From a virus: a stretch of 64,000 bases of DNA. The stretch's first letter is position 1. Every line of letters begins with the position of its first letter. A model generated the notes under the pieces. It was given only the letters and a program-made list of their open reading frames with translations, ran no database searches and was not told where the DNA came from. The stretch covers positions 17,524 to 81,523 of the IMG/VR virus record IMGVR_UViG_3300032236_001065; one strand, given 5' to 3'. Both the position numbers and the translations under genes were made by a program. This document shows, piece after piece, positions 40,896-50,025 of the stretch.

Positions 40896-41415
40896 TGAGA
40901 TTGAATTAGCTGGTCAATTTGATCAAATGAATAAGGTTATTGAAGAGTTGCTAAAAGGTAATTCTCCAGCACAGATAGCCCGCTCTTTAGACCTTACCCG
41001 TGTTCAAGTAGAAAACTATATTGATGCATGGAAGGGCTTTGTCCATGACAATAAAGCTATACGTGAACGTGCAAAAGAAGCTTTAGCGGGAGCGGATGAG
41101 CATTACAATATGCTTATCAAAGAAGCTTGGGTTACATTAAACCAAGCAGATGCACAGGATGCACCTAATATTAAAGCACAAGTAATTAAGCTTATTGCTG
41201 ACATTGAAGCAAAGCGTATTGATATGTTAAACAAGGCGGGAGTTCTAGAAGATACTTCTATGGCTGACCAGATCCTAGAATCAGAAAGAAAACAAGATAT
41301 TCTTGTTGGTATTCTTAGAGATGTAACTTCATCTTGTGAACATTGCAAGTGGGAAGTATCAAGAAGATTGTCAGAAGTAACTGGACAAGTAGAGGCAGTT
41401 GTTATAAGTGACTGA
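40885..41415 (+). CDS. HTH protein, probable terminase small subunit
   Basis: N-terminal HTH (LKGNSPAQIARSL); overlaps terminase large gene. Confidence 0.6.
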   Translation: MADNEIELAGQFDQMNKVIEELLKGNSPAQIARSLDLTRVQVENYIDAWKGFVHDNKAIRERAKEALAGADEHYNMLIKEAWVTLNQADAQDAPNIKAQVIKLIADIEAKRIDMLNKAGVLEDTSMADQILESERKQDILVGILRDVTSSCEHCKWEVSRRLSEVTGQVEAVVISD

Positions 41416-43249
41416 TTTTAATGTATTCCTTGATGCACTTGAGGGAGATGAGTTTTCTGAAAAACCTGCATCTCTTGAGGAGTTTGTAACAAGCAAGGAT
41501 TACCTTGGTTTGCCACCATTGTCGCAATACCAGTATCAAATGATTAGGGCTTCAACACAAATTTATAAGCGTGAAACTTTGCGTAAACTTTATGGCGAAG
41601 AAGAAGGCGAAAAGATTTGGAAGCAAACTTGTTCTGAAGTTATTTTACAGCTAGGTAAAGGTTCTGGAAAAGACTATACATCTACTATTGCTTGTGCCTA
41701 CATGGTACATTTGCTTTTATGCCTAACTGATCCAGCAAGATATTATGGAAAGCCACCAGGCGATGCTATTGATATTATCAATATTGCTATTAACGCTATT
41801 CAAGCCAACCGAGTATTCTTTAAAGGATTTACACAGCGTATTGAAAAGTCACCCTGGTTTCAAGGAAAGTATATTGCTAAAGCAAATATGGTTGAATTTG
41901 ATAAAGCTGTAACAGTTCACTCAGGCCACTCTGAACGTGAAGCATGGGAAGGTTATAACGTTCTTGTAGTTATCCTTGATGAAATTTCAGGCTTTGAATT
42001 GGAATCAACTTCTGGCCATGAACAAGCGAAGACTGCATCATCAATTTATAAGATGTACCGTGCATCTGTAAACTCTCGTTTTCCAGATTTTGGTAAAGTA
42101 ATTCTACTTTCATTTCCACGTTTTAAGAACGATTATATCCAACAAAAGTATAACGAGGCGGTGGCTGAGAAGGAAGTAGTTCTTAGACATCATAAGTTTA
42201 AGGTAGACCCAGATCTTCCAGATGGCACAGAAGGTAATGAATTTGAAATGGAATGGGAAGAAGATCACATTATTTCATACAAAGTGCCTAGAATGTATGC
42301 TTTAAAAAGACCAACATGGGAAATTAATCCTACCAGAACTATTGATGATTTTACTATTGACTTTTATACAGACCCTACAGATGCTCTTTCTCGCTTTGCA
42401 TGTATGCCTCCAGATGCCACAGATGCGTTCTTTAAAAACCGTGCGGTTATTGAAAAAGCATTTAGTAATCCAAATTTAAATGTAGATTCTTATGGAAGAT
42501 TTGATGATTCATTCAAGCCTAAAGATAACATTAAATATTTTATGCATGTTGACTTAGCCCAAAAGCATGACCACTGTGCCGTAGCTTTAGCACATGTTGA
42601 CGGCTGGGTGACAATGAAAATTGGTGACAAATATAAAGAAGCAGCACCCAGAGTTGTAGTGGATGCCGTAAGATATTGGACTCCAACAGCATCAAAGTCA
42701 GTTGATTTTACAGAAGTTAAAGATTATATTACAAGCGTCAGAGATCGTGGTTTTAATCTTAAAATGGTTACATTTGACCGATGGAACTCTCACGACATGA
42801 TGCAACAATTAAATGTTCACGGGATTAAAACTGAAGTCTTATCAGTTGCAAAGAAACATTATGAGGATATGTCTCTAACTTTAACTGAAGAAAGATTGCA
42901 TGGACCAAAAATCCAATTGCTTATAGATGAATTGCTACAACTTCGTATTGTTAAAGATAAAGTTGATCACCCTAGAAAAGGTTCTAAAGACCTTTCAGAT
43001 GCTGTTTGTGGTTCAATATATAATGCTATTGCAATGACCCCACCAGATTCAGATAAAGAAGTTGAAATCTATTCTTATTCTGGTGTATTTGCAGATGAAT
43101 TAGCAAAACTTAAAGAAGAGTCAGATGCCAGATTAAAGACTGTTATTAAAATGCCTGAAAAACCTGATATGCCATCAAATTTGCGGGATTTCATGGGGCT
43201 TGATGAAGATGAAGACAATATCCCTATTGACAGCTTTAGAATACTATAG
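41408..43249 (+). CDS. Terminase large subunit
   Basis: GKGSGKD Walker A, VILDE Walker B, MHVDLA, TFDRWNS, KDLSDA. Confidence 0.93.
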   Translation: MTDFNVFLDALEGDEFSEKPASLEEFVTSKDYLGLPPLSQYQYQMIRASTQIYKRETLRKLYGEEEGEKIWKQTCSEVILQLGKGSGKDYTSTIACAYMVHLLLCLTDPARYYGKPPGDAIDIINIAINAIQANRVFFKGFTQRIEKSPWFQGKYIAKANMVEFDKAVTVHSGHSEREAWEGYNVLVVILDEISGFELESTSGHEQAKTASSIYKMYRASVNSRFPDFGKVILLSFPRFKNDYIQQKYNEAVAEKEVVLRHHKFKVDPDLPDGTEGNEFEMEWEEDHIISYKVPRMYALKRPTWEINPTRTIDDFTIDFYTDPTDALSRFACMPPDATDAFFKNRAVIEKAFSNPNLNVDSYGRFDDSFKPKDNIKYFMHVDLAQKHDHCAVALAHVDGWVTMKIGDKYKEAAPRVVVDAVRYWTPTASKSVDFTEVKDYITSVRDRGFNLKMVTFDRWNSHDMMQQLNVHGIKTEVLSVAKKHYEDMSLTLTEERLHGPKIQLLIDELLQLRIVKDKVDHPRKGSKDLSDAVCGSIYNAIAMTPPDSDKEVEIYSYSGVFADELAKLKEESDARLKTVIKMPEKPDMPSNLRDFMGLDEDEDNIPIDSFRIL

Positions 43250-43255
43250 TAGAAT
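43227..43255 (+). promoter_or_regulatory. Promoter TTGACA-N17-TAGAAT
   Basis: Upstream of ORF 43286 and the tRNA cluster. Confidence 0.65.
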
Positions 43256-43285
43256 ACACCTACAACAACAAACAAAGGATAATAA

Positions 43286-43561
43286 ATGTTAGCGAATGGA
43301 ACGATTAAAACAATTGAAGACGATGAAGATATCTATATTAGTTTAACTTCACTTTGTGAATATTTTACACAATCATCAGTAAATATGAAGAAAGAAATTG
43401 AAGGTGTAGAAACACGTAATAAGAGATATGCATTGGGATTATATGATATGATGCATACTATTGCACAAGAAATTGTAGAGTTGGGCAAGTTTGAAGCACA
43501 GCGTAGAATGATTGATACTCCTCAAGATATTCTTGATATCGCTGAAAAGTTTAAGAAGTAA
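43286..43561 (+). CDS. Hypothetical protein
   Basis: SD AAGGA; ORF track. Confidence 0.65.
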   Translation: MLANGTIKTIEDDEDIYISLTSLCEYFTQSSVNMKKEIEGVETRNKRYALGLYDMMHTIAQEIVELGKFEAQRRMIDTPQDILDIAEKFKK

Positions 43562-43571
43562 ATTTTAAAAT

Positions 43572-43645
43572 TGGTCTGTAGCTCAATTGGCAGTAGCGTC
43601 CGACTGTTAATCGGAAGGTTGTAGGATCGTGCCCTACCAGACCAG
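43572..43645 (+). tRNA. tRNA-Asn(GTT)
   Basis: Acceptor TGGTCTG/CAGACCA; anticodon arm TCCGA-CTGTTAA-TCGGA; T arm GTAGG/CCTAC. Confidence 0.92.
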
Positions 43646-43680
43646 CAAATTATTAACCAACTAATAGAGAGAGTATAATT

Positions 43681-43929
43681 ATGAATATGATGGCAGAAAA
43701 GACAGAGGAAGTAATTGATGATAAAGAGTTTGTACTTGGTCCTAGCAATCGCTGTGATTCTTGTTCTGCTGAGGCGTTAGTTTGGGTTAAAGGTGTTGCG
43801 GGAGAATTAATGTTTTGCGGACACCATTATTCAAAAAATGAAAATGCTCTGAAAGAATTTGCGTTTGAGATCATTGATGAAAGAGAAAAGTTAATACAGA
43901 ATAAATTAATTGGTGAAGCACACGCCTAA
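43681..43929 (+). CDS. Small Zn-binding actinobacterial-type protein
   Basis: RCDSCSAEA...ELMFCGHH. Confidence 0.7.
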   Translation: MNMMAEKTEEVIDDKEFVLGPSNRCDSCSAEALVWVKGVAGELMFCGHHYSKNENALKEFAFEIIDEREKLIQNKLIGEAHA

Positions 43930-43936
43930 TCAATAA

Positions 43937-44010
43937 GGAGCAATAGCTCAGTTGGTTAGAGCCCCCGACTCATAATCGGGTCGTCGTAGGTTCAAGTCCT
44001 ACTTGCTCCA
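43937..44010 (+). tRNA. tRNA with CAT anticodon (elongator Met or Ile2)
   Basis: GGAGCAA/TTGCTCC acceptor; CCCGA-CTCATAA-TCGGG; GGTTCAAGTCC. Confidence 0.92.
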
Positions 44011-44014
44011 CTAA

Positions 44015-44086
44015 TTCCCGTTCGTCCAATTGGCAGGACAATGGCCTTTGAAGCCATGAATCGTGGTCCGAATCCACGGCGGGAAG
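44015..44086 (+). tRNA. tRNA-Gln(TTG)
   Basis: TTCCCGT/GCGGGAA acceptor; ATGGC-CTTTGAA-GCCAT. Confidence 0.9.
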
Positions 44087-44087
44087 C

Positions 44088-44207
44088 GAGGCTACAGATG
44101 GCACACCTTAGTATGGATATAGTTACACATAAACATGTACCCGAGTGTAAGAGTTCGGGGAGATAGGGCAGCGTCATTCGGTGCTGGAATATCCATCTGT
44201 AGTCCTC
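44088..44207 (+). ncRNA. Candidate structured non-coding RNA of unknown class
   Basis: 14-bp closing helix GAGGCTACAGATGG/CCATCTGTAG(T)CCTC, internal hairpins and possible pseudoknot. Confidence 0.65.
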
Positions 44208-44235
44208 ATCTAAATGATGTTATAATTAAACTATC

Positions 44236-44778
44236 ATGACAGATGCCCACGATCAAAAAATGACTTTCACTGTTCTGGCTCATATACCAGAACATGACCC
44301 CAGGGAATCTGATCCAAATTACAAATATTTTAATGCAGCCAAAAAACGCATAAAAAAGGCGGGACTTTGGAAATGTGCCATAAATGATGATTTATGCGGT
44401 GGACAAATGGAATTACACCATACACACATAGAATTTAGCCAGATACCTAATGCTGATAAGGTTAAAGTAGAGGCATATTTTGGGTTAAATTTCAAGGATG
44501 ATCAAGAGTTTCAAGTGTGGCTAGAAAGTCCAGGAAATCTTGAGGTATTGTGTACTAATCACCATAGGACACATTATGGGATTCACACCCTGCCCCACGC
44601 TCTTTGGGAAGCCCTGCGTTTTAGAAAAAATGGTACTTTGCCTTCTGCAGAAGTAATACCAAATGCTAAAAAGAAAAAGTTTGATATCAAAGAAGCTTTG
44701 GGTTCAAAACCAAATGCTGATATAATTAAGGCGGAGGAAACAAACAATGGCAATCAATCATCAAATAGTAACAGTTGA
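44236..44778 (+). CDS. HNH-like nuclease
   Basis: CAINDDLC...ELHH...NLEVLCTNHHR. Confidence 0.6.
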   Translation: MTDAHDQKMTFTVLAHIPEHDPRESDPNYKYFNAAKKRIKKAGLWKCAINDDLCGGQMELHHTHIEFSQIPNADKVKVEAYFGLNFKDDQEFQVWLESPGNLEVLCTNHHRTHYGIHTLPHALWEALRFRKNGTLPSAEVIPNAKKKKFDIKEALGSKPNADIIKAEETNNGNQSSNSNS

Positions 44779-45040
44779 CAATAGCGGAACTTCCCTTGTC
44801 AGCATTCCACAAGCAAATGCAATTCCTTATGAGAATAAGGTTTCAATTTCAATTCAGAATTTAGATTCAAACAATACTGTTTACTTGGGAGCAGCTGGAG
44901 TCAGTGGCTCAGTTTATGGCTACGCTCTTGCAGCAGGTACAACATTTGCAATTGACCTACTTCCTGGCGATAAGCTTTTTGGAACAACAGGAACAAATGG
45001 TTTAACAGCACAAATTGCAGTTCTAGCAGCAGAGGTTTAA
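44747..45040 (+). CDS. Small beta-sandwich protein, possible virion decoration
   Basis: ISIQNL..NTVYLG..GV....GYALAAG pattern; own TGATATAAT -10 and SD GGAGG. Confidence 0.55.
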   Translation: MAINHQIVTVDNSGTSLVSIPQANAIPYENKVSISIQNLDSNNTVYLGAAGVSGSVYGYALAAGTTFAIDLLPGDKLFGTTGTNGLTAQIAVLAAEV

Positions 45041-45041
45041 T

Positions 45042-48000
45042 ATGGCTATAAGACTAAACTTAGGATCTTTATCAAACAAGATTACTTTGCCTGGTCTTTT
45101 TCGCAATTTTTCAATATTAAGTGGTGGAACAACAACTTCTGATTCAATTTATTATTATACAACTTTTAACAGCACTGGAACTTTTAGTATTTCTAATGCA
45201 CCATTAAAAGCAGATATTCTTGTTGTCGCTGGTGGCGGTGGCGGAGGATATCAACAGTCAGGCGGTGGTGGAGCTGGAGGATATCAATCTTTATCTTATA
45301 AGCTGCCTGTAGGAACATATACTGTAACTATCGGCGGCGGTGGTTATGGTGGATATGAAAATGTAAAAGGTGGTCAAGGAGCAAGCTCTTCTTTTGGTAG
45401 TTTAATTACTTCAGTTGGCGGCGGTGGCGGAGGCTCTTGGGGCCGTGGTGCAACAGGTGGAGTAACAAATGTTGGTGGAGATGGAGGTTCTGGTGGTGGT
45501 AATGGAATCGGAACTGGAAACCCAACTGGTGGACACGGAATTGCTGGGCAAGGACATGATGGCGGAACAAGTGCTTTCAATGGCGGTGGCGGCGGAGCAG
45601 GACAAATTGGGCAACAAGGAGATGCAGTAAATGGATCTTATGGCGGTGCTGGCGGAAATGGTTTAACTTGGTTTAATGGTCAAACATATGCAGGCGGCGG
45701 CGGCGGAGGAGCATTCCAACCAGCCAATACTGTAGGAGGTGCTGGCGGTGCTGGCGGAGGCGGAGCTGGAAAATCTGGAAATATAAACGGAGATCCTGGC
45801 TCAACAAATACTGGCGGCGGCGGCGGTGCTGGAGGGCAATATTCAAGTTCTTTCCCATTTGGAAGTGGCGGAACGGGCGGTTCTGGAATTGTTATTCTTC
45901 GTTATCCTAAATCTATAGTAGCTTCAAATGATTCATCCCTTACATATATTACAATTAATGGAACAAGATATTCAATATCAGACCTAGCTGGAATTAGCAA
46001 CACAATTAATTTACCATATGGAACAACATCTGCAACAGTATCAGCAACCCAGTCAAACAAGTATGCAAAAATTAATATATCTAGTACTTCAGGTTTTTCA
46101 ACAGGAGATAATACATGTACCATAACAGTAACAGCTCAAGATCAAACAACAACCGCTTATACATTAAATCTTCATGTTATTGCAGCATCAACAGATACTA
46201 GAATAGGTACAGTTACAATAAATGGAACAACATATTCTGCAGATGATTTATCTGCAATTTCAGGCATTATTTCATTGCCATATGGAACAACTTCAGTAAC
46301 AGTATCTGCAACTGCCCTAGATCAATTTGCAAGAATTGGTACTATAACTGGTAGTACAGATTTGTCTGTAGGAGATAATACACTTCATATAGCTGTAATA
46401 TCACAATCTGGTTTAATAGGATTTTATAATATTAATCTTGCAGTTGCAGCACCCGCAACAGATTCATCTTTATCATCAGTAGTAATAGCTGGAACAACAT
46501 ATTCTTTGTCCGATCTAGCTGCAATAAATAATACTGTTCAACTGGCTAATAGTCCAACTTCAGTAACAGTATCTGCAACCCCAACAAATCAATATGCTAC
46601 AGTAACATCTATTACTGGCAATACAAATCTTTCTCAAGGAACACAAACTTTGACTATTGTAGTTACAGCACAAGATTCAAGCACAACTACTTATACATAT
46701 ACTCTTTATATTCCTTCAACTGTATTAGTTTCTGGAGGAACAAAATATTCTGATTCAACACATTATTATCGTGTATTTACCTCTTCTGACACACTTACTG
46801 TTTCTAATGGTCCACTTAATATTGAAGTAATGACCGTTGGTGCTGGTGGAGGCGGTGCTGGTGGAGGTGGCAATAACTACGGTGGTGGCGGTGCTGGTGG
46901 AATGTCAATTGCATCATTAAATGTACAGCCAAACTCATATTCTGTAACTGTAGGTGCTGGTGGTGGTGGTGTTGGAGTAGCTTGGTATGCTTTTAGTGAT
47001 CGCAACGGTGGGGATGGTTCTATTTCAACTTTTAATTTATCATCTACTGTGTTAACACAATCAGATTACGGAAAAGGTGGACATTATGTTTATGGAGGCA
47101 ATGCTGGAGCTGATGTTAACGGAGTAGTCCATACGGCTGGAAATGGAATGAATGTACAGGGCGGAGGCGGCGGTACTGGAGGAGCTGGTCTTGGAGCAAA
47201 TACTGGAGATATAACTGGCGGCCCATTTTATTTTAGTGCTTTCTATGGCTCAGTTGCTGGAGGAGATGGTACAAATCAACCATCAGATTGGATTTCTGGA
47301 GCTAATATTGGTTCAAACGGATATATTGGCGGCGGCGGTGCTGGTGTAGGATATAATTTTGGAACAGCAGCTGGTGGTGCTGGTGGTGGTGGAAATAGCG
47401 GACGCTATGGAAGCGGAGGTTCAAGTGGTGCAGCAAACACTGGTTCAGGCGGAGGTGCAGAAAATACTTCATACTATTATTCAACATCAGGAAGTGGCGG
47501 TTCTGGAGTAGTAGTAGTTCGTTATAATAAACTTGATGTAGCTCCTATGCCTACAATAAATGGAGGAACTCTTTCTTCAGATTCAACATATTATTACAGA
47601 ACATTTACTGATAGTGATACCTTTACTACAACAGGAACATTGAGTGCAGATATGTTGTTAATTGGTGCTGGTGGAGGTGCTGGTGGTTACGGTGGTGGCG
47701 GTGGAGCTGGTGCAGTAATTAATTTCTCATCAGTAACTTTAAATCCTGGAACACATTATGCATTTGTAGGTGCTGGAGGCGCTGGTGGATCAGCTTGGTC
47801 AGACCCTGCGAGTGGAAATCCAACAGTAATGGGAAATCTATTTGCACCTGGCGGAGGCTACGGTGCTGGCTATGCCCCATTTGAAGGATATTATCCAACT
47901 TATGCTGTTTTTGGTGGAGCTTCTGGTGGAGGAGCAAACTGGGCTACTGGTTCTGCTGGAGTTGCAATTTCTGACAATGGACACATTGGCTTTAATGGTG

Positions 48001-48428
48001 GATATGGATATCAAGATTTTGGTGGCGGTGCTCCTAGAACTGGCGGCGGCGGCGGCGGTGCTGGCGGAAATGCAATTCCTGGCGGTACTGGAGGTGCTGG
48101 TGCTGGTGGTCCAGGAACTTCAGATTACTCTTCATGGTTGTCTGCAATATCTTCAAGTATGTCTTCGGTTTCTGGATGGAACGATGCAACATCAAGTGGA
48201 TATATTGCAGGTGGCGGTGGCGGTGCAGCTGGTTACGCTTTAGGCGGTGGCGGTGGCGGTGCTGGAGGAGTTGGCGGTGGTGGAGCAGGATCTGGTTCAC
48301 AACAAACTGCACAACCTGGAACAGTAAATACTGGTTCTGGTGCTGGAAGTAATGGAACTGATGTAAATGGACTAAATGGTGGTTCAGGATTAATAATTTT
48401 AAGATATACTAAATCGCAGGTGGAGTGA
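45042..48428 (+). CDS. Glycine-rich virion appendage protein with three cadherin-like beta-sandwich repeats
   Basis: Three Gly-rich domains (LVVAGGGGGG...GGSGIVILRY) and three ~88-aa repeats (LPYGTTS.TVSAT...GDNT..ITVTAQD). Confidence 0.8.
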   Translation: MAIRLNLGSLSNKITLPGLFRNFSILSGGTTTSDSIYYYTTFNSTGTFSISNAPLKADILVVAGGGGGGYQQSGGGGAGGYQSLSYKLPVGTYTVTIGGGGYGGYENVKGGQGASSSFGSLITSVGGGGGGSWGRGATGGVTNVGGDGGSGGGNGIGTGNPTGGHGIAGQGHDGGTSAFNGGGGGAGQIGQQGDAVNGSYGGAGGNGLTWFNGQTYAGGGGGGAFQPANTVGGAGGAGGGGAGKSGNINGDPGSTNTGGGGGAGGQYSSSFPFGSGGTGGSGIVILRYPKSIVASNDSSLTYITINGTRYSISDLAGISNTINLPYGTTSATVSATQSNKYAKINISSTSGFSTGDNTCTITVTAQDQTTTAYTLNLHVIAASTDTRIGTVTINGTTYSADDLSAISGIISLPYGTTSVTVSATALDQFARIGTITGSTDLSVGDNTLHIAVISQSGLIGFYNINLAVAAPATDSSLSSVVIAGTTYSLSDLAAINNTVQLANSPTSVTVSATPTNQYATVTSITGNTNLSQGTQTLTIVVTAQDSSTTTYTYTLYIPSTVLVSGGTKYSDSTHYYRVFTSSDTLTVSNGPLNIEVMTVGAGGGGAGGGGNNYGGGGAGGMSIASLNVQPNSYSVTVGAGGGGVGVAWYAFSDRNGGDGSISTFNLSSTVLTQSDYGKGGHYVYGGNAGADVNGVVHTAGNGMNVQGGGGGTGGAGLGANTGDITGGPFYFSAFYGSVAGGDGTNQPSDWISGANIGSNGYIGGGGAGVGYNFGTAAGGAGGGGNSGRYGSGGSSGAANTGSGGGAENTSYYYSTSGSGGSGVVVVRYNKLDVAPMPTINGGTLSSDSTYYYRTFTDSDTFTTTGTLSADMLLIGAGGGAGGYGGGGGAGAVINFSSVTLNPGTHYAFVGAGGAGGSAWSDPASGNPTVMGNLFAPGGGYGAGYAPFEGYYPTYAVFGGASGGGANWATGSAGVAISDNGHIGFNGGYGYQDFGGGAPRTGGGGGGAGGNAIPGGTGGAGAGGPGTSDYSSWLSAISSSMSSVSGWNDATSSGYIAGGGGGAAGYALGGGGGGAGGVGGGGAGSGSQQTAQPGTVNTGSGAGSNGTDVNGLNGGSGLIILRYTKSQVE

Positions 48429-48430
48429 TA

Positions 48431-49459
48431 ATGCCATATAAAATTGTACAACACGGAAATAAGTTTTCAGTAGTAGCTGAAAATACTGGTCATGTAGCTG
48501 GAACACATGAATCAAAGAAACAAGCACAAGCACAAATGGCTGCGTTATATGCAAATGAACCAGAAGCAACCAAAAAGTGCATGACTTGTGGATGTGATGA
48601 TTTAGGAAATGATCACCATTATATTTCAGATACAGAAAAATGTGCATCATGCATTAATAAAGGTCAAGGACCATGTTGGGATGGATATGCATATGCAGGA
48701 ACTAAAGAAGATGAGCATGGAAAGACTGTGCCTAATTGCATTCCCGTCAAAAAAGGTGATGGCGGATATCAACCAACTGCAGGTATGAAGTCTGCAGCAG
48801 CTAAAGCAATTAAATGGAAAGAAGAAGGCAAGGCAAACGGTGCAGGAACAAATGTTGGTTGGACTCGTGCACATCAAATTGTAAGCGGTGAATCGTTATC
48901 TCTTGATACAGTAAAGCGTATGTATTCGTTCTTTTCTCGTCACGAAGTTGATAAAAAGGGCAAGGAATGGGACAAGCCATCACATGGTAAAGTTATGTGG
49001 TACGCATGGGGCGGAGATGCAGGATACTCTTGGTCTCGTGCAATTGTTGAAAGAGAAAGCAATATGAAGAAAGAATCAGCGGGAGCAGAACGGCTCTCTG
49101 GTGGACCAGGATTTAAAATTGAATTTAATGTTCCAGATTGCCAAGGCGGTTACGCTGTTATGAAGGCGGGATCTGGACAAGTAATTGGTTGCTATACAAC
49201 TAAAGAGCATGCACAAGCAGCTATGGACGCTATAGCAGTAAATGAACCAGATTTAACTAAATCTGATCAAACTAAGCAAAATGAACAAGATGGTATTGGT
49301 TCATTGAATTTTTGGAATGGTTCTTTTGCACCAGTTCTTGGATTGCAGGGCGGGGACAATGGATGGAAATCCACATACAATTCTCCTCCACAAAATGATG
49401 GTAAGCCAAATGTAGGTTACGGTAATTCTTCTAGCCCTAAAGGTAGAAGTAATCAATAA
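48431..49459 (+). CDS. Modular protein, putative internal head / capsid cargo polyprotein
   Basis: Short modules (MPYKI...AQMAALYANE-type twice; CWDGY..GTK...VPNC; TVKRMYSFFSRH...AWGGDAG) separated by x-x-K linkers; FWNGSFAP motif. Confidence 0.7.
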   Translation: MPYKIVQHGNKFSVVAENTGHVAGTHESKKQAQAQMAALYANEPEATKKCMTCGCDDLGNDHHYISDTEKCASCINKGQGPCWDGYAYAGTKEDEHGKTVPNCIPVKKGDGGYQPTAGMKSAAAKAIKWKEEGKANGAGTNVGWTRAHQIVSGESLSLDTVKRMYSFFSRHEVDKKGKEWDKPSHGKVMWYAWGGDAGYSWSRAIVERESNMKKESAGAERLSGGPGFKIEFNVPDCQGGYAVMKAGSGQVIGCYTTKEHAQAAMDAIAVNEPDLTKSDQTKQNEQDGIGSLNFWNGSFAPVLGLQGGDNGWKSTYNSPPQNDGKPNVGYGNSSSPKGRSNQ

Positions 49460-49479
49460 AATCTGATATAATATATATA

Positions 49480-49535
49480 CAGGATGCCGTAAGGGTCCTG
49501 AATTTAACTAACTTGCTGAAAAGGAGCTAAGTATG
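49480..49535 (+). promoter_or_regulatory. Structured 5' UTR of hsp20 with ROSE-like SD-sequestering hairpin
   Basis: CAGGATGCC-GTAA-GGGTCCTG hairpin then CTTGCT-GAAA-AGGAG. Confidence 0.7.
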
Positions 49536-49970
49536 ACAAACCTAACATATAAAACAAATCCATTTGCACAAATTGAAACTATTTTTAATGACCCGTTTTT
49601 TCTAGGGTTTAATGATCAATTTGTAAGATGGGAAACAAATAAGAAGACAACATCTTCATTTCCCCCATATAATGTAAAGAAAGTTGACGAAGACAACTAT
49701 GTTGTTGAGTTGGCAGTTGCGGGATATGACCGTGAAGATATTGATGTAACAGTAGATAAAGACACATTGATTATCAAGAGTGAACGTGAAAATGATGATA
49801 AAGCTGATTACCTACACAAGGGTATTGCTGGACGTAATTTCACACAGACATTCACCCTTGGTGAGTATATGATTGTTAAGTCTGCTTCACTTGAAAATGG
49901 ATTGCTTTCCGTCAAAATTGAACGGGAAATTCCAGACGAGGCTAAGCCTAGACAAATCAAGATCAAGTAA
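49533..49970 (+). CDS. Small heat-shock protein Hsp20 (IbpA-like)
   Basis: FPPYNV, ELAVAG, YLHKGIAGRNF, ENGLL, PRQIKIK. Confidence 0.95.
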   Translation: MTNLTYKTNPFAQIETIFNDPFFLGFNDQFVRWETNKKTTSSFPPYNVKKVDEDNYVVELAVAGYDREDIDVTVDKDTLIIKSERENDDKADYLHKGIAGRNFTQTFTLGEYMIVKSASLENGLLSVKIEREIPDEAKPRQIKIK

Positions 49971-49984
49971 GGTATAATTAAAGG

Positions 49985-50010
49985 ACCCCGCTCATACTGG
50001 GCGGGGTTTC
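49985..50010 (+). terminator. Hairpin after hsp20
   Basis: ACCCCGCTCA-TAC-TGGGCGGGGT-TTC. Confidence 0.6.
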
Positions 50011-50025
50011 TAACAAAGGATAAAT

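Noticed and set aside
31061-43249. Inteins or introns in dnaE, recA, terminase
   Set aside because: Lengths are normal, frames uninterrupted, no intein C/HN boundary motifs noticed
44088-44207. Theta/HDV-like ribozyme or fifth tRNA
   Set aside because: No nested double pseudoknot topology or cloverleaf found by eye; kept as unclassified RNA
45042-48428. GGC/GGT runs as DNA tandem repeats or DGR target
   Set aside because: Explained by poly-Gly coding; no reverse transcriptase or adenine-specific template/variable repeat pair seen
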